Origin: the human T2T-CHM13v2.0 reference genome, Homo sapiens
Assembly (NCBI RefSeq): GCF_009914755.1
Contig: NC_060934.1
Direction: 5' to 3' (one strand)
Length of the DNA: 64,000 nt
Made by a program: the position numbers and the translations under genes. Positions 12,425-27,112 of the stretch are shown in pieces. The notes beneath the pieces were generated by a model. The model worked only from the letters and a program-made list of their open reading frames with translations, did not search any database and was not told the origin of the DNA. How positions within the stretch are numbered: the stretch's first letter is position 1; every line of letters starts with the position of its first letter.

Positions 12425-12723
12425 GGCTGGATGTGGTGGCTCATGCCTGCAATTCCAGCACTTTGGGAGGCCGAGGCAGGCAGATTGCCTGAGCTCAGGA
12501 ATTCAAGACCACCCTGGGCAACATGGTGAAACCCCGTCTCCACTAAAATACAAAACATTAGCCAGGCATGGTGGTGGGTGCCTGTAGTACCAGCTACGTG
12601 GGAGGCTGAGGCACAAGAATCACTTGAGCCTCGAAGATGGAGGTCACAGTGGAGCTAAGATCATGCCACTGCACTCCAGCTTGGGCCACAGAGTGAGACT
12701 CTGTCTCAAAAAAAGAAAAAAAA
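12425..12723 (+). mobile_element. Alu, full length (old AluS/J-like)
   Basis: GGCTGGATGTGGTGGCTCATGCC start, dimeric structure, A-tail. Confidence 0.97.
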
Positions 12724-13489
12724 GCAATAAAACAAATAATACTCTGATTTTATTTTAATAACAGTATTTTTAGAAAGCTTTATATATAAGAAAAATACAG
12801 AGACTTAGAAATGACAGATAAGAAATACTTAAAATAATAAGAAAAGGATCTGACACAAGAACTTAGATAATGTTCTTCTTTGAAAAAATGTACAATTTTC
12901 TGGAAATCAATTTTGAAATATAGAAAAATATAAATAAATATTAATAGTAATGTAGTGGGGGATACAACCACAAATTTTAAAATTCAAACTGGAAGAGGCA
13001 CCTATGAACAAATCACATTAGTATATTGGAAAATCTAAATAAAATGAACACCATTTTTTCAAAACTTTTCCATATTACTTCACATATAATTATAAATGTT
13101 GGATAAATCAAAAATTATCAAAATATTTGAAAAGTATTAAAACCTTGTAACCCAAATTGACCCTTAATTGAGATTATTTTATGTAGAAATTGTACTCAAT
13201 TTCAAGGAAAAATAATCTTAAATTATTTATACCTGTGCAGAATATGCAGAGAGGGAAACATTGCAGGTTTTTAAAAGTGGTTTATCAAGCTCTAATACCC
13301 ATATTGGATGCTGTGCCCCCAGATGTGAATAAATGTGTGCATGTGTGTGTGTGTGGTGTGTGTGGATGTGTAACGTTCTAATAAAACATGGAGTATCCAA
13401 AGTAAAATAATAGCCAAATGAATCACCATACACATAACAACATGTGCCAGGAAGGGAAAAATGGGTCAACATTTGGAAACCTAATAATA

Positions 13490-13765
13490 AAATAAATTCT
13501 AATCCTTAGTAAGCTAAGAGAAGAACTACATTAACTTGATTATATGAAACAGAGCCATGAAAATATTATTAAGTATAAAATAATTGAGATAGTCCATTAA
13601 AGTCAGGGCAAGGCAAATATATGCACCCTTTTTTTATAAATATTGTGGAGGAAGTCCTTGCCAAAAAATCTCTGAATAATAATAATAATAATAATAATTA
13701 TATGCATGCCTATTTTAGATAAGAGATTATTTTTATTTTATTATTAAAGAACAATTGATTTTCTG
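13490..13765 (+). repeat. Left arm of inverted duplication (ancient L1-derived)
   Basis: About 85% identical by eye to the reverse complement of 14825-15075. Confidence 0.85.
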
Positions 13766-14339
13766 CTTACAATATCCAAGTACATCAATTGAAAAAATAC
13801 TAGATTTAATATTAATATTGAATAATTATTAATTTGCAAAGTAAAAAAGCAATAAAAGTTTTAGAAATTTCACAAATACTCAATTCAAAATTGTTAGGCG
13901 AAATGTAGCTTTCATAGCAGTAGAAGGAATAATTCAAACAGAAACATATTAGGCATTTTATATTGCTGTTCCTCAAGGAAGAAATGTTTTAACTGAGAAA
14001 ATCAATTTAGGTAATTGAACACATGGGTATTGGGGATTGAAAAGACAAAACTAAAACACTGTGCTAAAACAGAGACAGTGACTTCAGAGAGGAGTCCGAG
14101 GGGAATGAAAGGAAAGCGGAAAAGCTGGGATGATTAGAATGTAGAAAGTCTAAGGTGTTTCCCCGAGACTGGGACCAGACACCTGCAAAGGGCCAGTGGG
14201 CATCTTACGGGGTCAGATGAGGACTTCACAGGGACGGGCCTCGGACTTCTGAAGAGGAGGCACCATGCAGCTGGTGCTATTTGGGGATAATTCTAGCAAA
14301 TTTAAGATTCACAAAGTTATTTTGCATTGCAGGAATTTA

Positions 14340-14857
<518 letters not shown>

Positions 14858-15236
14858 TAATCTCTCCTTTAAAATAGGCACACATACAATTATCATTATG
14901 TGATTTTTTGGCTAGGACTTCTTCCACAATATTTTAAAAAGAGTGCATATCCTTGCCTTGTTCTGACTTTGATGGACTATCTCAATTATATTATAATTTA
15001 TTATATTCTCACAGCACTGTTACATACAATTAAGGTAATGTAGTTTTTCTCTTAGCTTACTAAGAACTATAATATTAATAATACAATATAAATTTTGTAA
15101 TTTTCAATCTTCATATTGTGCGTATATACTACACTAGTAGAGAAATGGGGAGAGAGAGAAAGAGAGAGAGAGGGAGAACGAAGATATGTAGTAAAACTGT
15201 TGAAAAGCAAATAAAAAATAAAACAACTTTAGGTGA

Positions 15237-17521
15237 TTTATTAGTCCATTTTCATGCTGCTGATAAAGACATACCTGAGGAGACTGGACAATTTACAAGA
15301 GAAAGTGGTTTAATGGACTTACAGTTCCACGTGGCTGGGGAGGCCTCACAATCATGGTGGAAGGCAAGGAGGAGCAAGTCACATCTTACGTGGATGGCAG
15401 AAGGAAAACAGAGGGCTTGTGCAGAGAAACTTTCCCTTACAGTACCATCAGATCTCATGAGACTTATTCACTATCATTAGAACAGCACAGGAAAGACCTG
15501 CCACCATGATTCAATTACCTCCCACTGGGTCCCTCCCAGAACACATTGGAATTCAAGATGAGATTTGGATGGGGACACAGCCAAACCATATTATTCCATG
15601 CTTGCCCCTCCCAAATCTCATGTCCTCACATTTCAAAACAAATCATGCCTTCCGAACAGTCCCCTAAAGTCTTAACTCTTTTCAGCATTAACTCAAAAGT
15701 CCACAGTCCAAAGTGCAAAGTCTCATCCAAGACGAGGTAAGTCCCTTCTGCCTATAAGCCTGTAAAATCAAGAGCAAGTTAGTTACTTCCTAGATAAAAT
15801 AGGAGTACAGGCCAATGCCTGTAAATACAGCTGTTCCAAATGGGAGAAATTGGCCAAAACAAAGGGGCTACAGGCACCATGCAAGTCTGAAATGCAGTGG
15901 AGCAGTCAAATCTTATAGCTCCAAAATGATCTCCTTTGACTGCGTGTCTCATATTCGGGTCATGCTGAGGCAAGAGGTGGGCTCCCATGGCCTTGGGCAG
16001 CTCTGCCCCTGTGGGTATGCAGGGTTTTCAGGGAGGGGGTTTGCACCCCCTCTGGCTGCTTTTACAGGCAGGCTTTGAGTGTCTGTGGCTTTTCCAGATG
16101 CATGGAGCAAGCTGTCAGTGGATCTATCATTCTGGGTTCTGGAGGATGGTGGCCCTCTTCTCACAGATCCAGTAGGCAGTGCCCCAGTAGGGACCCTGTT
16201 TGGGGGCTCCAACCACACATTTCCCTTCTGCACTGCCCTAGCAATTGTTCCCCATGAGGCCTCCACCCCTGCAGCAAACTTCCATACATCATCTGAAATC
16301 TAGGTGAATGTTCCCAAACCTCAATTCTTGACTTCTGTGAACCTGAAGGCTCAACACATTGTAGAAGCTGCCAAGGTTTGGGGCTTCCACCCTCTGAAGC
16401 AACATCATAAGCTGTATTTTGGCCCCTTTTAGTCACAGCTAGAGCAGCTGGGCGGCAGGATATCATCTCGTCCCTAGACTGCGCATGGCAGAGGGACTCC
16501 CTGGCCCACAAAACCATTTTTTCTTCGTAAACCTCCAGGCCTGTAATGGAAGGGGCTGTCCCAAAGGTCTCTGACATACCCTGGAGACATTTCCCCATTG
16601 TCTTGGGGATTAACATTTGGCTCCTAGTTACTTATGCAAATTTCTGCAATTGGCTTTAATTTCTCCTCAGAAAATTGGATTTCCTTTTTTATTGCATTGT
16701 CAGACTGTAAAGTTTCCAAACTTTTATGTTCTGTTTCTCTTTTAAAACTGCACACCTTTACCAGCACCCAAGTCACCTCTTGAATGCTTTGCTGCTTAGA
16801 AATTTCTTCCACCATATACCCTAAATCATTCCTCTTACTTCAAAGTTCCACAAATCCCTAGGGCAAGGGCAAAACACTGCCAGTCTCTGCTAAAACATAA
16901 TAAGAGTCACCTTTGCTCCAGTTCCCAACAAGTTCCTCATTCTCCATCTGAGATCACCTCAGCCTGGATTTCATTGTCCACATCATTATCAGCATTTTGG
17001 TCAAAGCATTCAACTTGTCTCTAGGGAGTTCCAAACTTTCCCACATTTTCCTGTCTTCTTCTGAACCCCCCAAACTGTTCCAAACTCTGCCTGTTACACA
17101 GTTCCAAATTTGCCTTCACATTTTCAGGTATCTTTTCAGCAGCACCCCACTCTACTGGTACCAATTTACTGTATTAGTTCATTTTCAGACTGCTGATAAA
17201 GACATACCTGAGATTGGGCAATTTACACAATAAAGAGGTTTAATGGACTTACAGTTCCATGTGGCTAGGGAGGCCTCACAATCATGGTGGAAGACAAGGA
17301 GGAGCAAGTCACGTCTTACATGGATGGCAGCAGGCAAAGAGAGCTTGTGTAGGCAAACTCCCCCTTACAATACCATCAGATCTCATGAGACTTATTCACT
17401 ATCACAAGAACAGCATGGGAAAGACCTGCCCACATGATTCATTTACCTCGCACTGGTTCTTTCCCACAACACATAGGAATTTAAGATGAGATTTGGGTGG
17501 GGACAGAGCCAAACCAAATCA
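15237..17521 (-). mobile_element. Full-length THE1 (THE1A/B) MaLR provirus: LTR 15237-15593, internal 15594-17169, LTR 17170-17521
   Basis: Two ~355-bp direct LTRs (TATTAGTCCATTTTCATGCTGCTGATAAAGACATACC...CCAAACCATATCA-type ends), a ~1.58-kb THE1-int, and a 5-bp TSD GGTGA/GGTAA. Confidence 0.95.
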
Positions 17522-17580
17522 GGTAACCAGAGAAAAGATACATTACATTTTCAAAGCAGTGTAATAAGATTGATAGATTA

Positions 17581-17874
<294 letters not shown>

Positions 17875-18482
17875 CTATATGGAGCTAAAAGAAAATAGCT
17901 GCTAAGTAGGTACGTTTTTCAAACTGAAGACTAAAGTACAACATCCTCAAGCAAGCAAGCAAGCAAGTAAAATAGAAAAAATTGTTACTCAATTTATTAA
18001 TTACTCAAAACGAAACACATTAATGCATTATTCCAAGAGCTCTAAAATGTTCTTGGATAGCAAGAAGAGGATGCATGAATATATGGAAAAATATAAAAAA
18101 TCTGTGAAAAAGAAAATGTGTGAATTAATGGAATTGGATATTTACCTATTGACCACTTAAAACAACAATATAATGTTTTGTGGGTTATAAACATATATAG
18201 TAAAATACATGAACACCATAGTTCAAAAACCAGGAAGAGAATAAATGGAGTTGAAATGTACTGTGGTCACTGAATTATTCTGGTATCAGCAAGAATACTA
18301 CTTTTTTCATTAGATTTTACTGAAGCAAGAATACGTATTGTAATAACCAAGGTAACCACTAAAAAAAAAACGTCAAAATATACCAAATAAGCCAATAGAG
18401 AGAAGAAAATTAAAATTAATACAACAATTAATCCAAAAATGGAAGGAATAAAAGAAAAGGAAATACTGACAATATGATGTCA

Positions 18483-18836
<354 letters not shown>

Positions 18837-19695
18837 CTAGCATGATAGATTTAAACTCAGTAATTATATATTATCAGAACGAATCCAAGAGGAATATTGT
18901 ATGGTCTTTATATTGAGTGAAAGGAAGGGAAAGGATACACTATATGTGTCTGATAATTTTGTTGCCCTTCTGGCTTCCCTATCTACCTTTGCGTTTGACA
19001 GCTGACCTGTACAAACCCATATAAACTGTTTCTATCTTTTGTTAGATTGATACCTAGATATTTTATTTTTGTGTGATTGTAACTGCAGTGTGTTTTTAAA
19101 TTCAGTTCCCACGTGCTCATTGCTAGTAGTATATAGAAATGCAATACTCCATTTAGTTGGATGTAATTTTTAGAAATAAAGTTTAGAGTGTTTTTTCTTC
19201 AATAAGTCTATTTATCTCATTTACATTTATTGTAATACTAAAAATATCTGGCTATAATTTGTAAACTTATTTCATATTTTAATATCTTCCTATTTTGCTT
19301 ATTTTTTACCTGACATATTGTCTTTCTTTGTACTATTGTTTTCCTCCAGTCATTTTGCAAGTGTAATATCTCAGCATTTAAATATCATAGATATCTGTTA
19401 ACATTTATATGGCTGTAATTTTCGATGTAAGAAATAAAATTGCAGTTGTTTTCTAAAAATTATTAATAGACTTTCATATTAATACTTCCTAATATCTACT
19501 GCCTGCAGATATGTGATTTCCCTTCATTGCTTTAGTGTGAAATTGATAGTGATATTATGCATGTAAATTTAAAATTTTTTTAAAAGCATGCATATGGTCA
19601 TATTGAGTTGGTTTGAAGAGTAAATGAGTTAATCTTCATCAAATGCTTTCAATCACAATTTGATCACAGCAGATCCTCAAAAGAGGTTGATGATA

Positions 19696-19698
19696 ATT

Positions 19699-19733
<35 letters not shown>

Positions 19734-20019
19734 TTTTGAGACGGAGTCTCACTCTGTCTCCCAGGCTGGAGTGCAGTGGCGTGATCTAGGCTCACTACAA
19801 CCTCCGCCTCCCAGGTTCACGCCATTCTCCTGCCTCAGCCTCCTGAGTAGCTTGGGACTACAGGCACCCGCCACCACACCCGACTAATTTTTTGTATTTT
19901 TAGTAGAGGCAGGGTTTCACCGTGTTAGCCAGGACGGTCTCGATCTCCTGACCTCATGACCTGCCCACCTCATCCTCCCAAAGTGCTGGGATTACAGGCG
20001 TCAGCAACGGAGCCCAGCC
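19696..20019 (-). mobile_element. AluY/AluSc-like with (TTTA)n tail
   Basis: TTCACGCCATTCTCC and CGTGTTAGCCAGGACGGTCTCGATCTCC diagnostics. Confidence 0.96.
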
Positions 20020-20271
20020 AACAAGAATTATTATTAAACTTACATAGAAATTTCTCACAGTGTTCACCACCAATAATTTAATATAATAATGCCACTGAAA
20101 ATCAACTAATCAACTCACAAAGAAACGTTAAGAACAACAATAGTCTTCCAATTTATACCTCGTGTAGCTAGAGTATAACTTCAGATTAAATGGTCAGAGT
20201 GAGTCTAGGCTTAGCACACATGTGAAGCCCTAGAATATCTGAATTAATGTTATTTTTACTGGACTGCTTCT

Positions 20272-20365
20272 GTTTTTTATATATATAATACATATTTATG
20301 AGGTACATGGGTATTCTGTTACATGCATAGAATATGTACGGATTAAGTCAGGGTATTTTGGGTAT
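20272..20365 (-). mobile_element. Short L1MA/L1PB 3'-end fragment
   Basis: TACATATTTATGAGGTACATG...TGTTACATGCATAGAATATGTA...AAGTCAGGGTATTT; ATGTTATTTT is repeated on both sides. Confidence 0.7.
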
Positions 20366-23243
20366 GACGTTATGTTATTTTAAATCAGGCTATGAGCTAT
20401 GTCGTTGCTCATATGTAGTTGCTTATATAATTTAGGGGTCAAAATTATTTTCCTTGTAATTCTGCAGATCTTATTCTGTATCTTGTCATGCAATAATGTA
20501 GAAAATCTTTAAGCCAAACTGTGCCCCCACCCCCACACAATTTTAGAGATTTGATAATTATCTCAAAGTCTTTAATTAGTAGAGGTAAAGAAAAGGTATC
20601 TCTTTTGGTTTGGTAATACAGGCTTTTACTGGAGACAGTAAAATTTCATAATATGGACTGAATATATTGTCGTCTGTCACTTAATTAGGGAATGAGATTT
20701 GTATCATGTGAACTGCTATTAGTAAAACTGCAATTGAAATCAGTAATTAATACTCCCATCTGGAACTAGCCCCAATTAGCATGGAACAAAAGCTGCAGCA
20801 TGCTGGACAGCTGCTAGGTTTGAGTGGATTTGTGCTGTGTCCTAATAAAGGGTGCAACATTTTTAAAGAAAATATTAAAAAGCACCGTTTTGGTGATCGG
20901 GTAGTGAGGAGAATCGAGGAGGTGCAACGTGAGCTAAGCCTTGCTGTGTGGAAAGACAGAGCTTCTGCAGTAATGCCAAGGTTATTAGCTCCAAATCATT
21001 TTTAGTAGAAATTCTTGCAGTGCAAAATAACTTTGTGAATCTTAAATTTGCTAGAATTAACCCCAATTTTACCAATGAAACCATCATTTTTACAGAACAA
21101 TTTTTTTGGTTGAAAACTTCTTTATAAAACATAATCTTCATAATTTAATGGAGTGTTTGTGTGTGTGTCCACACATTCTTCTTCCTCGTTTATTTTGCCT
21201 TGGGGAGAGGCCAACTTTCCTATGAATGCAGTCTCCACCATTCAGAAGGAGGTCTGTTTTTTAGGGTTTTTTGCTTTATAGAGTCAGGCTGTTTTCCAGT
21301 TCAAGAAAGTTTTCTTTCATTATGTACGTTTTATTTCTAAAATTCCTTCTTTGCTTCATTCTAGTAAAAGAAAAAAGTTATGACTGTCATTATTCACATC
21401 ACACTGATATGAGCTTCTGCAGTAGGGATTAATCTCCTTTCAGTTTCTATTGTCATTTTGATTTATGCTATATCGTTTTTTCCTCATTCTTTTCTTAACA
21501 CAATCAACTTTCTTTTCATCTCTGCCTGTTTCTTGTAGCTACCTTATCCTTTCCTATTTAAAAAAGCCCACAATACCTTTCTTACTTCTGAGAGTGTAAA
21601 GAGATGTGGTCAAAATGTTCTCAGGGTAAACACGGAGCAACAGATTTGGTGTATTTCATGATGCTGTTTTTGGTGTATTATCTCGTAATACTTTATACTT
21701 AATAGTTTTGGAATTCTCTTTATTATGGCTGTCTTCTCTCATTCTTGAATTGAGAAAAGTTTAACAAGCATTGACGTTTGTCTCAAAATGATACTGGTGA
21801 ATTCTTATTTCTCATATTTCCTTAGATGCTGTTAAAACTTTCTTAGATTTTATGCTTTATTCTGGTTTACATAAAGGTACACATTTCACAAAGGATATGG
21901 TTTGAAAAGAAGTATGGGCTTAGTTTCTTTCTGGAGAATTTTTTTGTCTCTGTCTATATATTAATATATATATGTATATGGTATATGTGTCTTAATAAAT
22001 ATATATATTCTTTATTGAGAATATTAATAAATAGGAGAAAGTAGTCACAGAAATAATGGCTGTGCACTTCCAAACTTTGGTGATAAACATTAATCCACAC
22101 ATCCAAGAAGCTTGCTAGTCTCCAAGTGGGATAAGCACAAAGATACCCCACTCAGAGGCAGATCTTGGAACGTGTTCTGACCTCAGGAAAGCCCTGCTCA
22201 GCCCCTTACCGTGTTCTCCTTGCGAATTAGCTGGCCTGAAGGTGACACTGCTGCTGTCACAGAGTTCTCTGTGCCCTCCTAATTGCTCGCCACCACCATC
22301 TCCATTGTGATGGGGAATGCTGCCCGGCCTGAATGTTCCAACTGTCTGTTCTAAATACAGTCAGCTCTCCCAGAGAGTTCTGGAGCCTCGGTTCTTACTG
22401 CCTGCCTCTCCCTGGGCAAAATCTGAACCACTGACTTGGATCTGGGATGGGGTGAAGACAAGGGGGACTGTCTCTCAGGGGTGCCCTGCCTCAAAAGCTG
22501 GGTGCCTGGTGTCAAAGCCATCTCTGGTCTTCTGGGTTTGCTGCTATCAGTGTGAAACCCACCAGCAAGCTGGGTCAGGGCCACCTGCCTAGGAAGCTCA
22601 GCCCTCAGCCTGGGAGGAGCTTCTGCCCTACAAAGCGGGGCTGGCTGAGGGAAAGAGCTGCATCCTGCGATGGAAGTCGCCTGGGACTTAGCTCAGGGAC
22701 ATCCAGCCAGGGGGAGTAAGGAAGCTGGTGCCCTGCTCCTCCCAGAAAATCACCAGGACCCGAAAGACCATGAGGAGAGGGAGCCTCCTCCTGACCCTGC
22801 GGCCGCCCAGAGTGGAGCTGTGTCCTGCTGAGCAGGGCTGGGAGGGCCACACGCCCTTCTTAGCTCTACAGAGACCTGGTAGACTTTCTTGAGGAGACAC
22901 TTTTCAGTTGCTATATACCTGTAGGATGTTTCCAAAGACTTTAAAGCACACTTTTTAAAAATTCCTTTTACGAGTCATGGTTTGTTTCTCTGGGAAGTGG
23001 GTTCACTGCCCTCAAATCACTTTTCCTGATATGACCGCTGTTGATTGTTAGGAAGAGTGGAGGGCTGTGCATTTTTATTACGATTTTCAGAGAAGTTCCC
23101 AGATACTATTTTTTTAAATCAACCCTCCTTTTAAGTCTTGGAAACTTTCTAGATATAGAAGATACTAGAGGAAGTTTGAATGTGAAGAATCACATGGTTA
23201 TGGCTCTGTGGGCAGGGGGTTGTTTTCTTATTTTCGTAATTGC

Positions 23244-23551
23244 TTTTTTTTTTTTTTTTTTTTTTTTTTGAGATGGAGTCTCGCTCTGTCGCCCACGCTG
23301 GAGTGCAGTGGCGCGATCTCGGTTCACTGAAAGCTCCGCCTCCCGGGTTCATGCCATTCTCCTGCCTCAGCTTCCTGAGTAGCTGGGACTACAGGCACCC
23401 GCCACCATGCCCGGCTAATTTTTTTGTATTTTTAGTAGAGACGGGGTTTCACCATGTTAGCCAGGATGGTCTCGATCTCCTGACCTCTTGATGCGCCCAC
23501 CTCAGCCTCCCAAAGCCCTGGGATTACAGATATGAGCCGCTGCACCTGGCC
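23244..23551 (-). mobile_element. AluY
   Basis: T25 tail, AAGCTCCGCCTCCCGGGTTCATGCCATTC, TTAGCCAGGATGGTCTCGATCTCC; TSD-like GTAATTGCTT/ATAATTACTT. Confidence 0.97.
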
Positions 23552-24878
23552 ATAATTACTTCTTTAAATAAAATTGGATTCTAAATGAAAATTGAAAGCC
23601 GTGGGCTGTGTCTTTCCCTTTCAGTCCTCAGGCTGATTTCCTCACCCCCGGGAGCAATCCCTTAAATGGTGATTGTTTTCATCATTGTTACACAACCGTG
23701 ATTGTTTAGTCAGCTGTGACTAGAAGATCAATGTATCATTTTTTCTCTGTCTTACTTTCTCTTTCCCAAATGTTTTTGTTATTTTCTTATTTTTAGTTTT
23801 ATCTTTGTTACCTCTTTAATCATAAATGCTCTTTCATAATCAACTTTTTAATTTCCCTCTCTATGCTTCGTGTTAGACTTAATCACATCATTGCTTTTGT
23901 TACCCAAAATGGCGGCATACAGGCAAGTTCCAACCATTCAATGTATGTGTATGATGATTCTAAACACGAAAATTGAATAAGCAATATTAACAGTATTATA
24001 GTTATCTGAATGTTATTTGTCACATACGTAACAAATTCTCGTGACACTAAAATGAAAGAAAATTTCTTGTCAAAGTTAAAAATATTTGTGTTCATTACAC
24101 TCTTTTATTGGATCCAATTGCCCACGTTTAATCTCTCACTTTTGTGCCATGTTTTTATTTTATAGATGTGGTTTTCACCTGCACTTGTAACTGGCGTTTG
24201 AGTATTGTTGGCACACTCACCGGAAGAATGTTCCCGTCCCCTGCCCCAAACCTCACATCTTCATCCTGATTAGATTGAGTTTCAGTTCTGCCAAGGACCA
24301 CCCTGAATTTATTTTTTCTTGAAAGATGGTTAGAAAGACACTTTTTCTTTGTCTGAAACTGTGTTTATTATTGAGCAATAATTTGGTTTGATATGGGATT
24401 TGATCTTAAAAAGTACCTTCCTTTGAAATTGATATGACACTCCATTGCCTTTAAGAACGAAAGTGGTCAAGGCTGGTCTACTTCTGAGGCTTTTGAAGGG
24501 AACCCGCTCTTCATTTCTTCCTGGGCAGCTCTTGAGAGCATCCTTCTATCACTGCGTTCCATGGTAGCTCATCCATTCTGGTTGTGTTGCTCCGTGTACC
24601 CTTCTGCATGAAAAGTCATCCTTCTTCAGCTTGTAACAGTGCAGCTTTTATTTGAAATAAAAGTTTATCCTCCGTGGCATGGTCTCCACTCTTTCTTTCT
24701 GCCCCTCCTATAAAGTGTACATTACCAGTCTTGAATCATTGGCTTTGCCTGAATGAATTGTCTTGCTCACCTGTTTTCTAGATTTGTTGTTGTATTCTAA
24801 TTCTCTGAGTGTTTTTAGATTTGTACTATAAATATCCTATTGGTTTTTTTACATTGTAATAATTATATTTCAAATGAC

Positions 24879-25050
24879 TTGTTTTGTTTTGTTTTTTTGA
24901 GATGGAGCTTCGCTCTGTCACCCAGGCTGGAGTGCAGTGTCGTGATCTTGGCTCACTGCAACCTCCGCCCCCCAGGTTCAAGCGATTCTACTGCTTCAGC
25001 CTCCTGATTAGCTGGGACTACAAGCGTGTGCCACCACGCCTGGCTAATTT
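24879..25050 (-). mobile_element. AluS right monomer (5'-truncated insertion)
   Basis: Right arm only. 17-bp TSD ATTATA(T/C)TTCAAATGAC at 24862-24878 and 25054-25070. Confidence 0.93.
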
Positions 25051-26320
25051 ATGATTATACTTCAAATGACAAGACTAATTTTTAAAATCTCTGCATAGTT
25101 CCTTTATTAGAACAGCCTATTCTTGTATTGTAATTGGCTTCCCTCAAGTTTTCTATAAGGTGTTTAATGAAAATTAAATGTGCTAATTTTGTATATTTTG
25201 TGCTCTTCAGTTCTCCACTGTCTGTACTGATGGCCAGCAGCTTCTGTTGTGATTGCTCCTATTCATGACTTTCTTTCATAGTGCTTCACATGTATGTTCA
25301 TTGATGTGTATTTGTACGTCAAAATCACATTTTTTTGGTTAATATAAAATGGTGATGTATTTATTTTCCTTTTCTACCCACAGTCTGGTAAATCAGACGT
25401 TTATAATCTATAGGGCAGCGTTGGGGAAGCGCTTTGCAGATGGGCTGGGAAGTGAATAGCTAAGCTTCAGTTCAACGTGGCTGCACAGTGGGCTGTTGAA
25501 TTGGTTGAGACTCCCTCAGGTGCCACACTCAGCTGCATTCCCCCCTGGAAACATCGCCCAGCACAGCAGATCAACTGGAAGATTTGGGATATCATTTGTC
25601 TTTGTGCAGGAACTTGGGCTTGAACTTGAGGAAAGAAATTGCATGAGGACCTTACAGGTCATCTGCAAATAGCCATTAATTAATTAATTAATTAACCACC
25701 TTGACTCCATACCCACATCTGCCCTCTCTAAATGCCAAACAATAAATTGGGAGCTTTGCCAGGATATCTTCCTCTCACTTTGAATTTGTGTTTGAGACGA
25801 GTCCTTTCTTCTGTGATGTATCTATTAGATAAACCTTATCTATTTTCTATCTTATACAAATTTGCCAAAATAGCTCGTCTACCAGAGCCCATATTCCTAC
25901 TCTTAAAACCACAATCATTGCATCCCTTTGGTGTTCTTTATGTTTATTCCAGTCAAATTTGGGAAACAATAGAATTAAATACATATGGTAAATTGTTGTT
26001 TTTGACCTGTTGTGTGTTTACTGCCTAAGGCCAGTAGGGACTGTGAAAAAAACAAACAAACAAACAAACAAACAAAACTTATCATGGCAACAACAATCCA
26101 ATCCTGTATTCTGAACTTGGGTTTCCTGTATCAGGTATCCTATATCCTGAATCTTAATGAATGTTTTCTGTTTATGTTGTCCTTGCTCACATTTCAAAGC
26201 TAAGCCTAACCTTGGTCAGTGTGTCCATCGCCTAATATTTTCCCTTTATTTCACTGACAAAGACAATTTAGTAAGACTTATGTCACTAAGCAAATTTCCA
26301 TTTGTAGACACTGAATTGTT

Positions 26321-26524
26321 TTTTTTTTTTGTCTTTTTTTAATATACTTTAAGTTTTAGGGTACATGTGCACATTGTGCAGGTTAGTTACATATGTATAC
26401 ATGTGCCATGCTGGTGTGCTGCACCCACTAACTCATCATCTAGCATTAGGTATATCTCCCATTGCTATCCATCCCCCCTCCCTCCACCCCACAACAGTCC
26501 CCAGAGTGTGATATTCCCCTTCCT
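26321..26524 (-). mobile_element. Young 5'-truncated L1PA2/PA3-type 3' end
   Basis: CATGTGCACATTGTGCAGGTTAGTTACATATGTATAC...ACTAACTCATCATCTAGC (GAG-type, not the L1HS-Ta ACA). Perfect 14-bp TSD GACACTGAATTGTT at 26307-26320 and 26525-26538. Confidence 0.95.
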
Positions 26525-26582
26525 GACACTGAATTGTTATACAGAAATAACTTATCAAGGAAGATATATGCAGCTTGCATAA

Positions 26583-26748
<166 letters not shown>

Positions 26749-26950
26749 ATTGGGTGTCTTTAATTTCAGAGGGTTAGAATTATTCAAATCATAATGATCA
26801 TACATACCATGGAGATACCCAAACTTTCACAGTTCCTAACCTCTTATCTTCACAGCCTCTCTGGCAATACCCTGAGATAGATAGAAACTGTACCTCTTTC
26901 TGTTGTATAAAAGTGGGCACCACCAGCTCTGGGAGTTACATTCCTGCAAC

Positions 26951-27112
26951 TGAGCAGAATCGCCCATCCAGCTCCATTGAGCAGAATCGCCCATCCAGCT
27001 CCATTGAGCAGAATTGCCCATCCAGCTCCATTGAGCAGAATTGCCCATCCAGCTCCATTGAGCAGAATTGCCCATCCAGCTCCATTGAGCAGAACCGCCC
27101 ATCCAGCTCCAT
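26951..27112. repeat. 27-bp minisatellite, 6 copies
   Basis: TGAGCAGAAT(C/T)GCCCATCCAGCTCCAT at 26951, 26978, 27005, 27032, 27059, 27086. Confidence 0.97.

Noticed and set aside
15779-16815. ORFs within the THE1 internal region
   Set aside because: They are fragmented remnants of MaLR internal sequence in several frames; there is no intact ORF.
25676-25695. (TTAA)n palindromic run
   Set aside because: It is a short microsatellite with no piggyBac-type terminal repeats nearby.
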